64,000 bases of DNA from Leptolyngbyaceae cyanobacterium (GTDB lineage Bacteria; Cyanobacteriota; Cyanobacteriia; Phormidesmidales; Phormidesmidaceae): contig CBDHHL010000056.1 of NCBI GenBank assembly GCA_965263355.1, positions 2,240,001-2,304,000 of the forward strand, in the 5' to 3' direction. This document shows positions 21,767 through 31,637 of this stretch, piece after piece. Numbering within the stretch: the first letter of the stretch is position 1; the number at the start of each line of letters is the position of its first letter. Under the pieces are notes generated by a model that worked only from the letters and a program-made list of their open reading frames with translations, was not told the origin of the DNA and ran no database searches. A program made the translations under genes and the position numbers.

Positions 21767-22624
21767 TTAGGCAGCTTGCTTACGCTTACGACCAGCAACT
21801 ACTAAGCCACCGGCAGCTAGTAAACCCAGAATAGTACCTGGCTCAGGCACATCTTCCACTAGTTCAACACGGATGCGAGCAACTTCATAACCAGGCGCAG
21901 TAAAGTCAGCGCCAGTAAAGTTCAGGGGTAGGCCATTGAGAGCACTGGAGTCTGTTGTGCCGAGAATCGTCCCTGCTGTCAGGCCAGGATGCTCAGTCAC
22001 CACACCATTTTCATCGGTACCTGTATTGGGACTAGTCTGTCCCAAGAAAGCAGTGCTGAATGGCAATTCATCATTGACCTCAGTACCACCATCTAGAACT
22101 TCACTACCCAAAACAATAAAATCAGCTCCCAAGAAATTACCCGCATCATCAAAGATTTCATGGGCTAGGGGATTGCCATTAGCAATAAAAGCATCATTAC
22201 TAGGAATCACCATAGATGCATAGCTGAAGTACTGATTGCTTGCAGGATCCACATCTAAGAGCAAGCTAGTGAACTCACCAACTTCTAGAGGCGGTATGCC
22301 CTCACTGACTAATGTCGCCTGCACACCACCTGGATTACTAGCTGCGAACGCATCTGTCAGTTGAGTGGTATCACCATCTTCTACCAAAGACTCTAGGCCA
22401 GTAAAAGCATCCAGTGACTCACCCCGGTTATAGAGGTCAAAGGTACCATCATGAAAACCAACCCATGCAGGGGTAAGGAATCCACCGTTGATCGGTGCCA
22501 GGTTTTCAATCGTTACTTTAAGCGTGGCAGCAGATGCAGCCGTTGCCATTGTTGTTACAGCGCCCAAACTCATCACAGCAGCAACAGCCACCCGATGGCG
22601 GGAGAAAAGAGCAAACGTATTCAT
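21767..22624 (-). CDS. Spondin_N-domain protein with PEP-CTERM sorting signal
   Basis: Signal peptide; TPAWVGFHDG, ASMVIPSNDAF, DGGTEVN; VPEPGTILGLL...RKRK. Confidence 0.9.
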   Translation of the reverse strand: MNTFALFSRHRVAVAAVMSLGAVTTMATAASAATLKVTIENLAPINGGFLTPAWVGFHDGTFDLYNRGESLDAFTGLESLVEDGDTTQLTDAFAASNPGGVQATLVSEGIPPLEVGEFTSLLLDVDPASNQYFSYASMVIPSNDAFIANGNPLAHEIFDDAGNFLGADFIVLGSEVLDGGTEVNDELPFSTAFLGQTSPNTGTDENGVVTEHPGLTAGTILGTTDSSALNGLPLNFTGADFTAPGYEVARIRVELVEDVPEPGTILGLLAAGGLVVAGRKRKQAA

Positions 22625-22985
22625 AGATAGAGTGATAAGACTTCAGTGGAAATATCAACCTTGCCTAAGTCGAGAATGTGACCCAGATTCAGGTCATCCC
22701 CCCGAAGAAAATTGTTAGGGAGGGGCGTAATTTTCCGCTGAGGTAGTTTTGAGAAACCACTGAGAACTGTGTAACAAAAATAAGCAATCCCTGAGAAAAC
22801 CCTGAGTGTCTGACCTGCTGAAATCCTGCATAACATCCACCAAGACAGCCCTCAAACGGGAGAATCCTTATTCTGTCGTGGGATACCTAGCAATATCACC
22901 AATAACTAGCCAAACTTACTTAGCTGAGGTTGAAAAAAGAAGTCTGAATGCGATAGTAGTTACCGTTAGAAACTGAGAATTTCTT

Positions 22986-23280
22986 ATGGCAAACGCTCAG
23001 AGTGAATCCCTACATTAACAAGTCAGCATGGCTGCTTTGACGGTCAAGTCAGCCTCTATAGCCATCCATCTGAGCAGTGCCAATGCACGATGAATTTTGC
23101 GGTTTACACTCCACCGCAGGCAAAAACCAGACCTGTTCCAATGCTTTATTAACTGCCTGCGAAGCTGCCGGACAGCCCTTAACCTTAAGAATGCAAACGG
23201 GGTATGACCATGGCTATTACTGTATTGCCACCTTTATGGAAGACCATATCAAGCACCATGGTGAGGTGCTGTGTGATTAG
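22986..23280 (+). pseudogene. fghA: S-formylglutathione hydrolase remnant with large internal deletion
   Basis: N-terminal HGCFDGQVSLYSHPS...[11 protein letters not shown] next to C-terminal [27 protein letters not shown]; catalytic GxSxG region absent. Confidence 0.85.
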
Positions 23281-23287
23281 TGTCGAA

Positions 23288-24781
23288 CTAACCTCCCAAT
23301 AAAAATAGGCCAACCAGGGTGGCACTATTCCATAAGCTATGGATCAACATAGGCGATAGCAAATTTCGCGATCGCGTATATACCCAGGCCAAAATTGCCC
23401 CTAACAATGTCAAGGGGAGCACCTCAGACAAACTCAAGTGGGCAGATGCAAAAATAAAGCTACTCAGTAAAATTGCCCCCCAAATCGGCATATAGCGGGT
23501 GAGGGACGGGAGCAAAAAGCCGCGAAACAAAACCTCTTCAAATAGAGGAGCGGCTACAGCTGCGGTCAAGAAAAATAACAGTAGAGCTATGCCATCGCTT
23601 TCTTGCAATACCGTCTGCAACAGTGGGTTATTACCCCCTTGACCATGCCAGATTTGCTGATTGAGGGCAGAAATTGCAATCATTAACGGTAGTGCGACAA
23701 AATAGCCCCCTACCCCCCAAAGGGGCCAACGATCCAACAGCTTGAGTTGAAACCAGTCTTTGGGCAACGGTCGATGGGTCCAGATAGAGCCAACTAGTAC
23801 GCCAATGCCACTAAACGACATCAGCAAGTAAAAGACCATGGAATATAACGCTCTGCCACGGCTGCTGGTCTCCGCAAAGCTCAACCCCGACAGGCTTAAC
23901 AAGAAGGGAATCAACAGCTGCCCCACAAAGAAAAAGCCAACAATTAGTACCTGCCAGATAATTTCTCCATCCCAGGGCACCTCCCAGGGCACAGTTGCTC
24001 GCCCCAACAGCGATTCATCTCGACGGGTAAACCACTGAAATCCTAATAGGATCAGCAAACTTCCACCCAGGATGCAACCCAACACAGGCATAGCACCCAC
24101 AGCCGCCAGCTTGAACAATTTTGACTGAGCCACAATTTGTTCTTGGGCATTGAGGGTAGTGAGATCATCAAAACGCCCCTCCAAGGTGTAAAGCTGCTCT
24201 AAAACTCGGTATTGAAACCAGCCATTGAGCTGGTCAGTAATGACGGCTTCAACGGTTGGCTCAATTACAGACGGTGTGGCCCAGAGCGCCAACAACACCT
24301 CTGATAAATTGGCCGTTGCCCCGTCACCTTCCGCCAGTGGTTGCCAACGCTGACGAGCTGCATCAATATCTTTTTGCTGAGTCGCAATAAGACCTAGCTT
24401 TAAATCAATTTCATCGATCAGCGTTTGCTGCTGGCTAATGGCTGTCTTAAATTTTCCAGGCTGGGGATTGCGAACCATATCTTGGGCAGCCAGTTGCTTT
24501 TGCGATCGCATTACCCCAGCCACTGCCTCCTGGCGCACTGATTTATACTGCTTCGCCACGGTTTCCAAGGGTTTAGCCCCCAGCAGCGCATCCCCTAGCG
24601 GCTTAAATTCATCATTATTTTTTAGCTCGTCCCACTCAGACGCCTGCAATAGCAAATCACTTTGGTAAAGCTGTAACTGCCCTGTCACCTGAGGCTGGGA
24701 AAAACTTTCGTATAACGACGAAGCGACCACCAGCGCCACGAGGCCCGTCAAAATTGATAAAACAATCCGCTTTAGCGTCAT
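23288..24781 (-). CDS. CPBP (CAAX/Abi) intramembrane metalloprotease
   Basis: EEVLFRG, FASAH, HSLWN. Confidence 0.93.
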   Translation of the reverse strand: MTLKRIVLSILTGLVALVVASSLYESFSQPQVTGQLQLYQSDLLLQASEWDELKNNDEFKPLGDALLGAKPLETVAKQYKSVRQEAVAGVMRSQKQLAAQDMVRNPQPGKFKTAISQQQTLIDEIDLKLGLIATQQKDIDAARQRWQPLAEGDGATANLSEVLLALWATPSVIEPTVEAVITDQLNGWFQYRVLEQLYTLEGRFDDLTTLNAQEQIVAQSKLFKLAAVGAMPVLGCILGGSLLILLGFQWFTRRDESLLGRATVPWEVPWDGEIIWQVLIVGFFFVGQLLIPFLLSLSGLSFAETSSRGRALYSMVFYLLMSFSGIGVLVGSIWTHRPLPKDWFQLKLLDRWPLWGVGGYFVALPLMIAISALNQQIWHGQGGNNPLLQTVLQESDGIALLLFFLTAAVAAPLFEEVLFRGFLLPSLTRYMPIWGAILLSSFIFASAHLSLSEVLPLTLLGAILAWVYTRSRNLLSPMLIHSLWNSATLVGLFLLGG

Positions 24782-25003
24782 TAGCCAACCAAAAATAGTC
24801 TAAGCATTATCGCATTAGCCCCCCTTTAAACTACGCCCAAGTTGCAACCTGTCAGTTCCTCTACCGAAAAACGCCTTGCTGGACGTGCACAGGGTTTATT
24901 AACGACTGTTGCCAATCCGCTTAATCCTTTGTACAGAGTGATTTAATAATCCCTGTGCTGCTGCCACATTTTGACGACACGCTTAACAAGGCCCAGATCC
25001 ACT

Positions 25004-26113
25004 ATGAAACGTAGACAGTTAATTGGTTATGGCTTCACGGGTGCTGCGAGCACTGCTGCACTTACTGCCTGTGCCCAATCAACGGCTCCTACCACTGCAG
25101 ACGATGGGGAAGCTCTGCCTACGGTGCGGTGGAAAATGGCCACTAGCTGGCCAAAGTCACTGGATACTTTATTTGGGGCGGCTGAAATTGTGTGCGATCG
25201 CATCGCTGCTATGACCGATAATCGCTTCACCATCGAACCCTATGCTGGTGGCGAAATCGTTCCAGGGTTACAAGTGCTAGACGCTGTCCAAGACGGCACA
25301 GTGGAATGTGGTCATAGCGCAGCTTATTACTATGTGGGCAAAAGCCCAGCCCTGGCCTTTGGTACTGCCGTGCCGTTTGGCCTCAACGCTCAACAGCAAA
25401 ATGCTTGGCTATATCATGGTGGTGGATTAGAAGCCATGCAAAAGCTCTTCGCCAAGTTTAATACCATCAACTTCCCAGCGGGGAATACCGGCGTTCAAAT
25501 GGGCGGCTGGTTCAATAAAGAAATCAACACCGCTGGCGACCTGCAAGGTTTAAAGATGCGGATTCCTGGTTTAGGCGGCAAAGTAATGGCCAAGCTAGGC
25601 GTAAATGTCCAGAACCTGCCTGGCAGCGAAATTTTTCTCGCGTTAGAACGCGGTGCCATTGATGCAGCTGAGTGGGTTGGCCCCTATGACGATGAAAAAC
25701 TAGGTCTACAAAAAGCAGCTCAGTTTTACTACTATCCCGGCTGGTGGGAACCCGGTCCTTCCTTTGACATGATGATCAACATAGATGCCTGGACCTCTTT
25801 GCCGCCTGTTTATCAAGACGTGATTAAAACAGCTTGTGTAGAGTCCAATACCAGCACCTTAGCCAAGTATGATGCGGTTAATGGAGCCGCCCTGCAAAGT
25901 CTCCTGGAGGCAGGAGTTCAACTTAAGCCCTTTAGCGACGAGATTTTAGCCGCTGCCGAGAAAGCCGCCTTCGAAATCTACGAAGAAAATGCAGTCCAGG
26001 ATGCCGACTTTAAGGAGATCTACGATCAGTGGAAATCTTTCCGTGAGTCAGTCTATGGATGGAACCGGCTCAACGAACTAGGCTTTGCCAGCTTTGCTAA
26101 CAAGGCGTCTTAA
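25004..26113 (+). CDS. dctP: TRAP transporter solute-binding protein (TakP-like), Tat lipoprotein
   Basis: MKRRQL twin-Arg, [34 protein letters not shown]. Confidence 0.92.
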   Translation: MKRRQLIGYGFTGAASTAALTACAQSTAPTTADDGEALPTVRWKMATSWPKSLDTLFGAAEIVCDRIAAMTDNRFTIEPYAGGEIVPGLQVLDAVQDGTVECGHSAAYYYVGKSPALAFGTAVPFGLNAQQQNAWLYHGGGLEAMQKLFAKFNTINFPAGNTGVQMGGWFNKEINTAGDLQGLKMRIPGLGGKVMAKLGVNVQNLPGSEIFLALERGAIDAAEWVGPYDDEKLGLQKAAQFYYYPGWWEPGPSFDMMINIDAWTSLPPVYQDVIKTACVESNTSTLAKYDAVNGAALQSLLEAGVQLKPFSDEILAAAEKAAFEIYEENAVQDADFKEIYDQWKSFRESVYGWNRLNELGFASFANKAS

Positions 26114-26182
26114 GGCAAAACTACTACCTGTTGGTCAATATCCTGAGAGTTCATGGAGCACCTTATGTTCTTGTGAAAGGGG

Positions 26183-26785
26183 TTAAAACAAATGTAGGGT
26201 TGACGTCTCTGAAAATACATACCAATCTCCTGTCAGATGTTCGAGAGAATAATTAACTGTGCCAAAGGGACTACCGTTCCTATTTGGCTTGTATGCAAAA
26301 CCATGGGAAATCATGTCCAGGCCCACTTCTCCCGAGGTGACATGAAAGTAAACACCTCCTCTCGGATCGAGGCCATAGCGTTTAACCTTGTAGAGGCCAA
26401 TTCGTTTATTCACTTGTGTCACTGAATCGGGAACACTGCCTAGGGTTTGCTCAAACGCTGTTTGACTCACTCTAAAAGCAACTATTTGTGGAACATCAAA
26501 TTGCACTAACCCCCACGTTATGCTAGCCATAACAGGTGCAGCAATCGCTAACCATTTTGGACAAACGTGCCTTGAGAATACCCAATCACGAGACTGCCAA
26601 ATCCACCACAGAATAGCTGGAACAATCAGTAATCCGAGGGGAGGAACAACGAGCAAAAGAACAAAAAACTTGACCCAAAACAGCGTATGGGCAGGTTGGC
26701 CGGGATCAATACTTACATGCAAGATCAGCACACAAGCAAATATCCCCGCTATACAGACATATTTATAAAATCGAGTGGTCAACAA
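26183..26785 (-). CDS. Hypothetical membrane protein
   Basis: Three hydrophobic segments plus soluble C-domain. Confidence 0.6.
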   Translation of the reverse strand: MLTTRFYKYVCIAGIFACVLILHVSIDPGQPAHTLFWVKFFVLLLVVPPLGLLIVPAILWWIWQSRDWVFSRHVCPKWLAIAAPVMASITWGLVQFDVPQIVAFRVSQTAFEQTLGSVPDSVTQVNKRIGLYKVKRYGLDPRGGVYFHVTSGEVGLDMISHGFAYKPNRNGSPFGTVNYSLEHLTGDWYVFSETSTLHLF

Positions 26786-27130
26786 TGGCTATGCGAGAAA
26801 ACAAGACAACTGATTCAAGTTGATGCACCTTGAAATTCCTCATAATGCCTACAAGGCAACGTGCTTATTTTTCGTAATCGGTTCAAAATCGCTTATTCAG
26901 CTGATAAATCGGCCAACATCAAACAGGAGTGCCTATAGGTCGGCAGCCTAAGGGTGGTCGCCTCATGCGTTGCCAGAAATCTGTATTAACGTCCAAACAG
27001 CTCTTACAACTAATTCAATACCAAGCATTCTAAGTAACTGGGGTTTAGACAAAACGCTACCTGTAGTGAGATGATCTTGACAAGAAAACACTGTATATAG
27101 CGTTTTTGAATGCATTTATCTAAACTCCAA

Positions 27131-27174
27131 TAAGTAAAAGAGTCCAGGCATTTCTACCCGAACTCTTTTACTTA
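27131..27174. terminator. Hairpin terminator downstream of rbp
   Basis: TAAGTAAAAGAGT...ACTCTTTTACTTA. Confidence 0.65.
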
Positions 27175-27244
27175 CAACTAAGCATTACAACTAAATAACC
27201 TTAAGTTATTTAAAGTTATGCCTGAGTAGCCATCGAAAAAGCCC

Positions 27245-27532
27245 TTACCAGCTCTTGCCACGACCACCGCCACCGCGATTAGAACGATCTTCACGGGGCT
27301 TAGCTTTATTAACCTTTAGAGCACGCCCCATCCACTCGGCACCATCGAGCGCTTCAATGGCAGCTTCTTCTTCAGAATCTGTAGTCATTTCAACAAACCC
27401 AAAGCCACGGGGACGACCGGTTTCACGATCTGTGGGAAGATGAACATTCTTAACAGTGCCATATTCTGCGAATACTGCTGTTAAATCTTCATTTGTAACG
27501 TCATAGGATAGATTGCCTACATAGATTGACAT
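27245..27532 (-). CDS. rbp: RRM RNA-binding protein with Gly-rich tail (95 aa; ORF-track start too far upstream)
   Basis: RNP2 IYVGNL, RNP1 RGFGFV. Confidence 0.95.
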   Translation of the reverse strand: MSIYVGNLSYDVTNEDLTAVFAEYGTVKNVHLPTDRETGRPRGFGFVEMTTDSEEEAAIEALDGAEWMGRALKVNKAKPREDRSNRGGGGRGKSW

Positions 27533-27537
27533 AAATT

Positions 27538-27638
27538 GTCTCCAAAACTTAAGGGATATGTAGAGGGAAGCTTCGAGAAGGATAATGTCAATGGAAAAAC
27601 GTGAAAATTCGTTAATACTAGAAACAAAAGTCACCAAC
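27538..27638 (-). promoter_or_regulatory. Conserved rbp 5'-UTR boxes
   Basis: TTGGTGA (box III-like), TTTGTTTCTAGT (box II, 27617-27628), TCTCGAA (box I-like), TTTGGAGA RBS, as described for cyanobacterial rbp leaders. Confidence 0.6.
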
Positions 27639-28126
27639 CGATCTTTTTCTCTGAGCCAACTATAGCTTACTAAAAAGTCACTTGATCTACTTGAAAAGCT
27701 ACATTGATCTTGAAATCTAGACAAACGCTGTCTGCCTAGCCCAGGAAAGCCTGAAAATAAAGAGGATTCGACGTTTTCATTGGACTAATCATAGATGCCA
27801 TCTCCTACCGTTACGTTTCCATATATTTTCAGCTTCACGAAACGATGAGCCCAACGCTACAATTCGCCAAGCCATCACAGCACCTAGCCTCGGAAACATT
27901 TAGGCAACCCTGAATCAGTAAATTCCACAGTGATCACAGACACAAACTAAGAAAAATTGATGGTCATATAAACAGACGATAGGCTTATCCGACACAGACC
28001 TTAGTATGCCGAATCTAAGCGTATATTGAGATTGCTAGTAAAGCATGTTATTGCATAACTTTCTATTTCGATCCTTATATCTAAGTAGACAGAACACTGT
28101 ATTACTTAACCCTTTATATCTAAACC

Positions 28127-28162
28127 GAAGCCACCATGAACCTTAGCGTTCATGGTGGCTTC
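28127..28162. terminator. 15-bp stem terminator
   Basis: GAAGCCACCATGAAC-N6-GTTCATGGTGGCTTC. Confidence 0.8.
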
Positions 28163-28178
28163 TTATTTATTGGATTAT

Positions 28179-29237
28179 TTAGTTACAAGGAGGATTAAAC
28201 CGCCCCCCGCCATTGGGCGTCGCATCTGGGTAAAAGGTACGAACACCATAGCGACGGCGAACAAACACAGCCTCAAAGCTTTTACCATCATCTTCGACAT
28301 CCAATAAGCACCCCACACTGCTCTCAGAGTTCGTTGGATTGTCTCGGAATGCCTTTGTCGCCAGTTTCAAGATATCTTCTGCAGAAAGCGTTAACCCGTA
28401 TCCTTTTTTCCTATCTCTAAAAATTGTGCCGTTATAATTCATCTTCACACCAAGGGTGAAGATGACGTCTGGGTCAACCTCTTCATTAGAGACATTATTT
28501 TCCAGAATCCCGGCTAAACCATCCTCCTGTAGTTGGAGATAACGACCGTGGAAATGTAGGCCACCAATCCGTGATGCCGATTCAGGCTCACTACAAAAGA
28601 TATGATCAAATCCATGGGCTTGATTAAACCAAGCATCTGCTAGGGTTCCTAAAAAAGCCGCATCATCCATCTGCGATGAACTACCTGGAAAAACCCGGCC
28701 ATCCACGTACTCTTTGATGCGCTGTAGCACATCAGGATGCGCTTGCATCACATCCATAAACTCGTCTTTGCCAACCACTTTGCCTAAGGGGCCACAAAGT
28801 TTAACAATATCCTGATCAAACGCGCTTAGCACTGGCGGCGGTGGCGTAATGTCAACGACACCACCCACCCCTACTGGGCGTGGATCATTTTCTGTATTGA
28901 AGAATGGTAGAAACTCATGTCCTGGAATGATGACTGGGCCTGGGTCATCTGTATAACCGCCACAGTCCAGATTAACCCACTTTCTAGCGTTATCGACCAA
29001 AATGAAAGCATGGGTCCCACCAGGCTGCTTATTTTCACCTAATGCTGTATAAATATCACCCACTGCAAGCGGCACTGGATTAGTTTTCTTACGAATTGAT
29101 GTTGTGGCATCACACGCCTGAGTAATTTTGAATTGTCGATTACTCTCAAAGAATGCTTGGGCTTGAGCAGACGGTGTGTCTATCAACCAAAGCAATGAGC
29201 TAATCAACAGTGCAAGGCAAGAAATTAATAGTTTCAT
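28179..29237 (-). CDS. Secreted protein with bacterial EndoU nuclease domain
   Basis: Signal peptide (AQAQA), GFDHIFCSE, IGGLHFHGRY, K, RTFYP. Confidence 0.75.
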   Translation of the reverse strand: MKLLISCLALLISSLLWLIDTPSAQAQAFFESNRQFKITQACDATTSIRKKTNPVPLAVGDIYTALGENKQPGGTHAFILVDNARKWVNLDCGGYTDDPGPVIIPGHEFLPFFNTENDPRPVGVGGVVDITPPPPVLSAFDQDIVKLCGPLGKVVGKDEFMDVMQAHPDVLQRIKEYVDGRVFPGSSSQMDDAAFLGTLADAWFNQAHGFDHIFCSEPESASRIGGLHFHGRYLQLQEDGLAGILENNVSNEEVDPDVIFTLGVKMNYNGTIFRDRKKGYGLTLSAEDILKLATKAFRDNPTNSESSVGCLLDVEDDGKSFEAVFVRRRYGVRTFYPDATPNGGGRFNPPCN

Positions 29238-29530
29238 AGTATTCCAAAATTACAGTTATCCAACTGCCGATTAACCGGCCACATCTTTTCCTTTTTCTAT
29301 TTTTAGATCGTCGCTCTTTTCACCTCGCAACTGAGCCCATAGGATGTATTGACGATTAAACAGTCATAGGTCGGATGTGGGATTCCGTACTGTGAATCAG
29401 AGCCTAAGGCTTAGGAGTTCCATGGGAGGAAGCCTTCCAAAGGATTAAGTACACTGCTCCAAAAATAGATAACCCCTCAAAATAAAAAAGCACCCTATAG
29501 GGTACTTTTTACAGCAACAACACCTCAAAA

Positions 29531-29546
29531 TGTGATGAGCATCACA
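29531..29546. promoter_or_regulatory. Consensus CRP-family binding site
   Basis: aaaTGTGA-tgagca-TCACA, perfect TGTGA-N6-TCACA. Confidence 0.7.
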
Positions 29547-29679
29547 CAGTTTACTCAGTCAATCTCAGAAACGCCTTAAGCAAACTTCAGTTATCGGTCA
29601 GATAGCGTTCAGCTAACCCCAGCATTCTTGTAATCAATGAAGCGATTCAAACGCACCGATTCACTAAGGAGACTTAACC

Positions 29680-30189
29680 ATGAAACGTACTCTTCTTTCC
29701 GCTTTAACTGTTCTCGTTGCATCCGCTGCGATCGCACCCGTTGCATCTGCCGTTGAGCCTGCTAGCTTTAATATTCAAGCAACCCGCCTCGAAGCACTTG
29801 ATCGTCGCACAAAGAACTCCGTCCACAAGCTACGCCTTGAACATCTCAACAATCAGACTAAGGCCATTGAAGATCTTCAAGCCGCTCGTCTAGAAGCCCT
29901 GGATGCTCGTACCAAAACAACTGTTGAGCACAAAATTCAGGTTGACTATTTGCACAACCAAACCAAGGCTATCGATAACCTTCAAGCCGCTCGCCTTAAC
30001 GCACTGGATGCTCGCACTAAGAACAGCGTTCACAAATTACGCCTTGAGCACCTCAATAATCAGACTAAAGCGGTTGAGAATATTCAAGTGGCTCGTTTAG
30101 AAGCGTTGGATACCCGCACTAAAGCTGTCGATAACATTCAGGCAGCTCGTCTGACTGCTCTGGATGCTCGCACAAAGTCCGTCCGCTAA
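29680..30189 (+). CDS. Secreted tandem-repeat protein (8 repeats of 16-18 aa)
   Basis: AAGGAG RBS, signal peptide ending VASA, repeats QAxRLxALDxRTK and HKLRLEHLNNQTK. Confidence 0.85.
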   Translation: MKRTLLSALTVLVASAAIAPVASAVEPASFNIQATRLEALDRRTKNSVHKLRLEHLNNQTKAIEDLQAARLEALDARTKTTVEHKIQVDYLHNQTKAIDNLQAARLNALDARTKNSVHKLRLEHLNNQTKAVENIQVARLEALDTRTKAVDNIQAARLTALDARTKSVR

Positions 30190-30221
30190 CAGATTATTGG
30201 GCTGTTGCGGGACTCAAGTTT

Positions 30222-30279
30222 GGGTGCCCAGTGCAGACTCCGTTAATCTGTGAAGCTTCATTCCGTAGGGCACCCTTTT
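30222..30279 (+). terminator. Stem-loop with T tract after the repeat protein
   Basis: GGGTGCCC...GGGCACCCTTTT. Confidence 0.5.
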
Positions 30280-30334
30280 CTACTCAGATCCTCACACACC
30301 AAGCCTCTGCCAACATGGTGGGGGCTTTCTTGCT

Positions 30335-30973
30335 TTAAATTGCCTCCGCACGGCAGTGCCCTTCACCAACATGGCCCAAACCTTTATAAATATCAGCCAG
30401 CTGAAGTTTCTCCACCTTAGTCAGCTGTGCCTCCAAATCTTCAGGCATTAACTTAACAGCACCATCCTGCGCTAAAGCTGCAAGCGGGTCAAAGCCCAGT
30501 GCCCCTCGATTGAGAACTTCATCTGCAGATACATCGATATCACCAAACAGATGATCAAAGTGAAATATGGCTTCCACATCTGCTATTTCCCCAGAGGAGA
30601 GAAACCCTTTACGCTCATCACCAACAAAATCACCACAGAGAAATTCTAACGACGGGTTCATCGCAATTTCAAACGGAATTGTCTCACCATCACGGGTTGC
30701 TCTCCCTATAAGCAGCAATGACGGCCCAGTTTCTGAAACTAGCTTCCAGGACAGCGCATTGTAGCGGCCTGCTGCAGTCTCTACTTGTTCCACCAGAATC
30801 GGTGCAGCAGTTTCATCGCCTTCGGCTAAATCCACCTTGGCTGAGGCTATCATCAAGACATTAGCCTTAGCAGGAATGTCCACATCCGCATCCGGATTGA
30901 AAGAAGATTCTGACTGATAGGCAACAACATCCTGAATATTGGCATAGACATGATCAAACTCGACTTGCCAGCT
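30335..30973 (-). pseudogene. 5'-truncated DUF4382-like cyanobacterial protein
   Basis: Frame open up to the duplication junction (SWQVEFDHVY); FHFDHLFGD and HVGEGHC motifs; N-terminal signal region missing. Confidence 0.65.
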
Positions 30974-31197
30974 TGATTGGGTGAGTTATGCTTCGCTTAC
31001 CGCACCCTACTGGGGTTGCTTGGCTACAACACAGCCTGCTGCTGCAAAACTGATACCAGCCACTAATAACGAAGTACTCAAACCCAAGTTAGCGCCCATG
31101 CTACACAACACACTCATCGCCACAGCACCACCGCTGAAGTAAAGGCCAGTGCCTAACCCCGCTTTGGCCGGTGGCACCATGGATAGGGCGTAGGGTA
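30974..31197 (-). repeat. Duplicate of MFS gene 3' end plus REP (second copy of 31601-31827)
   Basis: 224 vs 227 bp; 3 substitutions and one 3-bp indel. Confidence 0.95.
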
Positions 31198-31231
31198 TAG
31201 CCGTGGGCGAAATCTCAACCCGGTATGTCAT
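31198..31231 (-). pseudogene. First ~12 codons of a RelE/ParE toxin
   Basis: MTYRVEISPTAI overlapping the antitoxin stop; fused in frame to duplicated MFS tail. Confidence 0.75.
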
Positions 31232-31502
31232 ATTTCTCTCGTAGTTGCTGAAATGCATCCCCTAAAGGCTGGCCTTTTCCCTGATCAAATTCCTCTATGC
31301 TTTTACGAATCCCCGCTAGAGATTCCAAAAGCTCCATCCGGTCTAAAAGCTGCTGATAACTCTCTGCATCCTGCACGACAACGGCAGCTTTGCCATTTAC
31401 CGTCAACACCATGGGCAATTGGGTTTGCTTCAGACGTTCTAAAAAGGTCTTGGCTCCTCGTTGAAATTCTGATAACGGATGGATATTACGTAGATTGAGC
31501 AT
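31215..31502 (-). CDS. Phd/YefM-family antitoxin
   Basis: IHPLSEFQR, PMVLTVNGKAAVVVQDAESYQ. Confidence 0.9.
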   Translation of the reverse strand: MLNLRNIHPLSEFQRGAKTFLERLKQTQLPMVLTVNGKAAVVVQDAESYQQLLDRMELLESLAGIRKSIEEFDQGKGQPLGDAFQQLREKYDIPG

Positions 31503-31606
31503 ATTAAAAACAGAAAATAAACTGATAATTACATGATAATAATTAAGTCTAAATCTGTGTTGAGCATCGTCAGAATCAGCTATCTACAGCCAGTCACCTC
31601 TGATTG

Positions 31607-31637
31607 GGTGAGTTATGCTTCGCTTACCGCACCCTAC
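31607..31637 (-). repeat. GTAG-type REP (also at 30980-31010); its TAG is the MFS stop codon
   Basis: GTAGGGTGCGGTAAGCGAAGCATAACTCACC. Confidence 0.75.

Noticed and set aside
27533..27724. N-terminal extension of rbp in the ORF track
   Set aside because: Region holds the rbp leader boxes and RBS; the family starts at MSIYVGNL
29780..30180. Periodic DNA repeats as a CRISPR array
   Set aside because: Repeats are in frame, vary at synonymous sites and have no unique spacers; no cas genes
31007..31258. 83-aa ORF as a real gene
   Set aside because: It is antitoxin overlap plus toxin stub plus duplicated MFS tail
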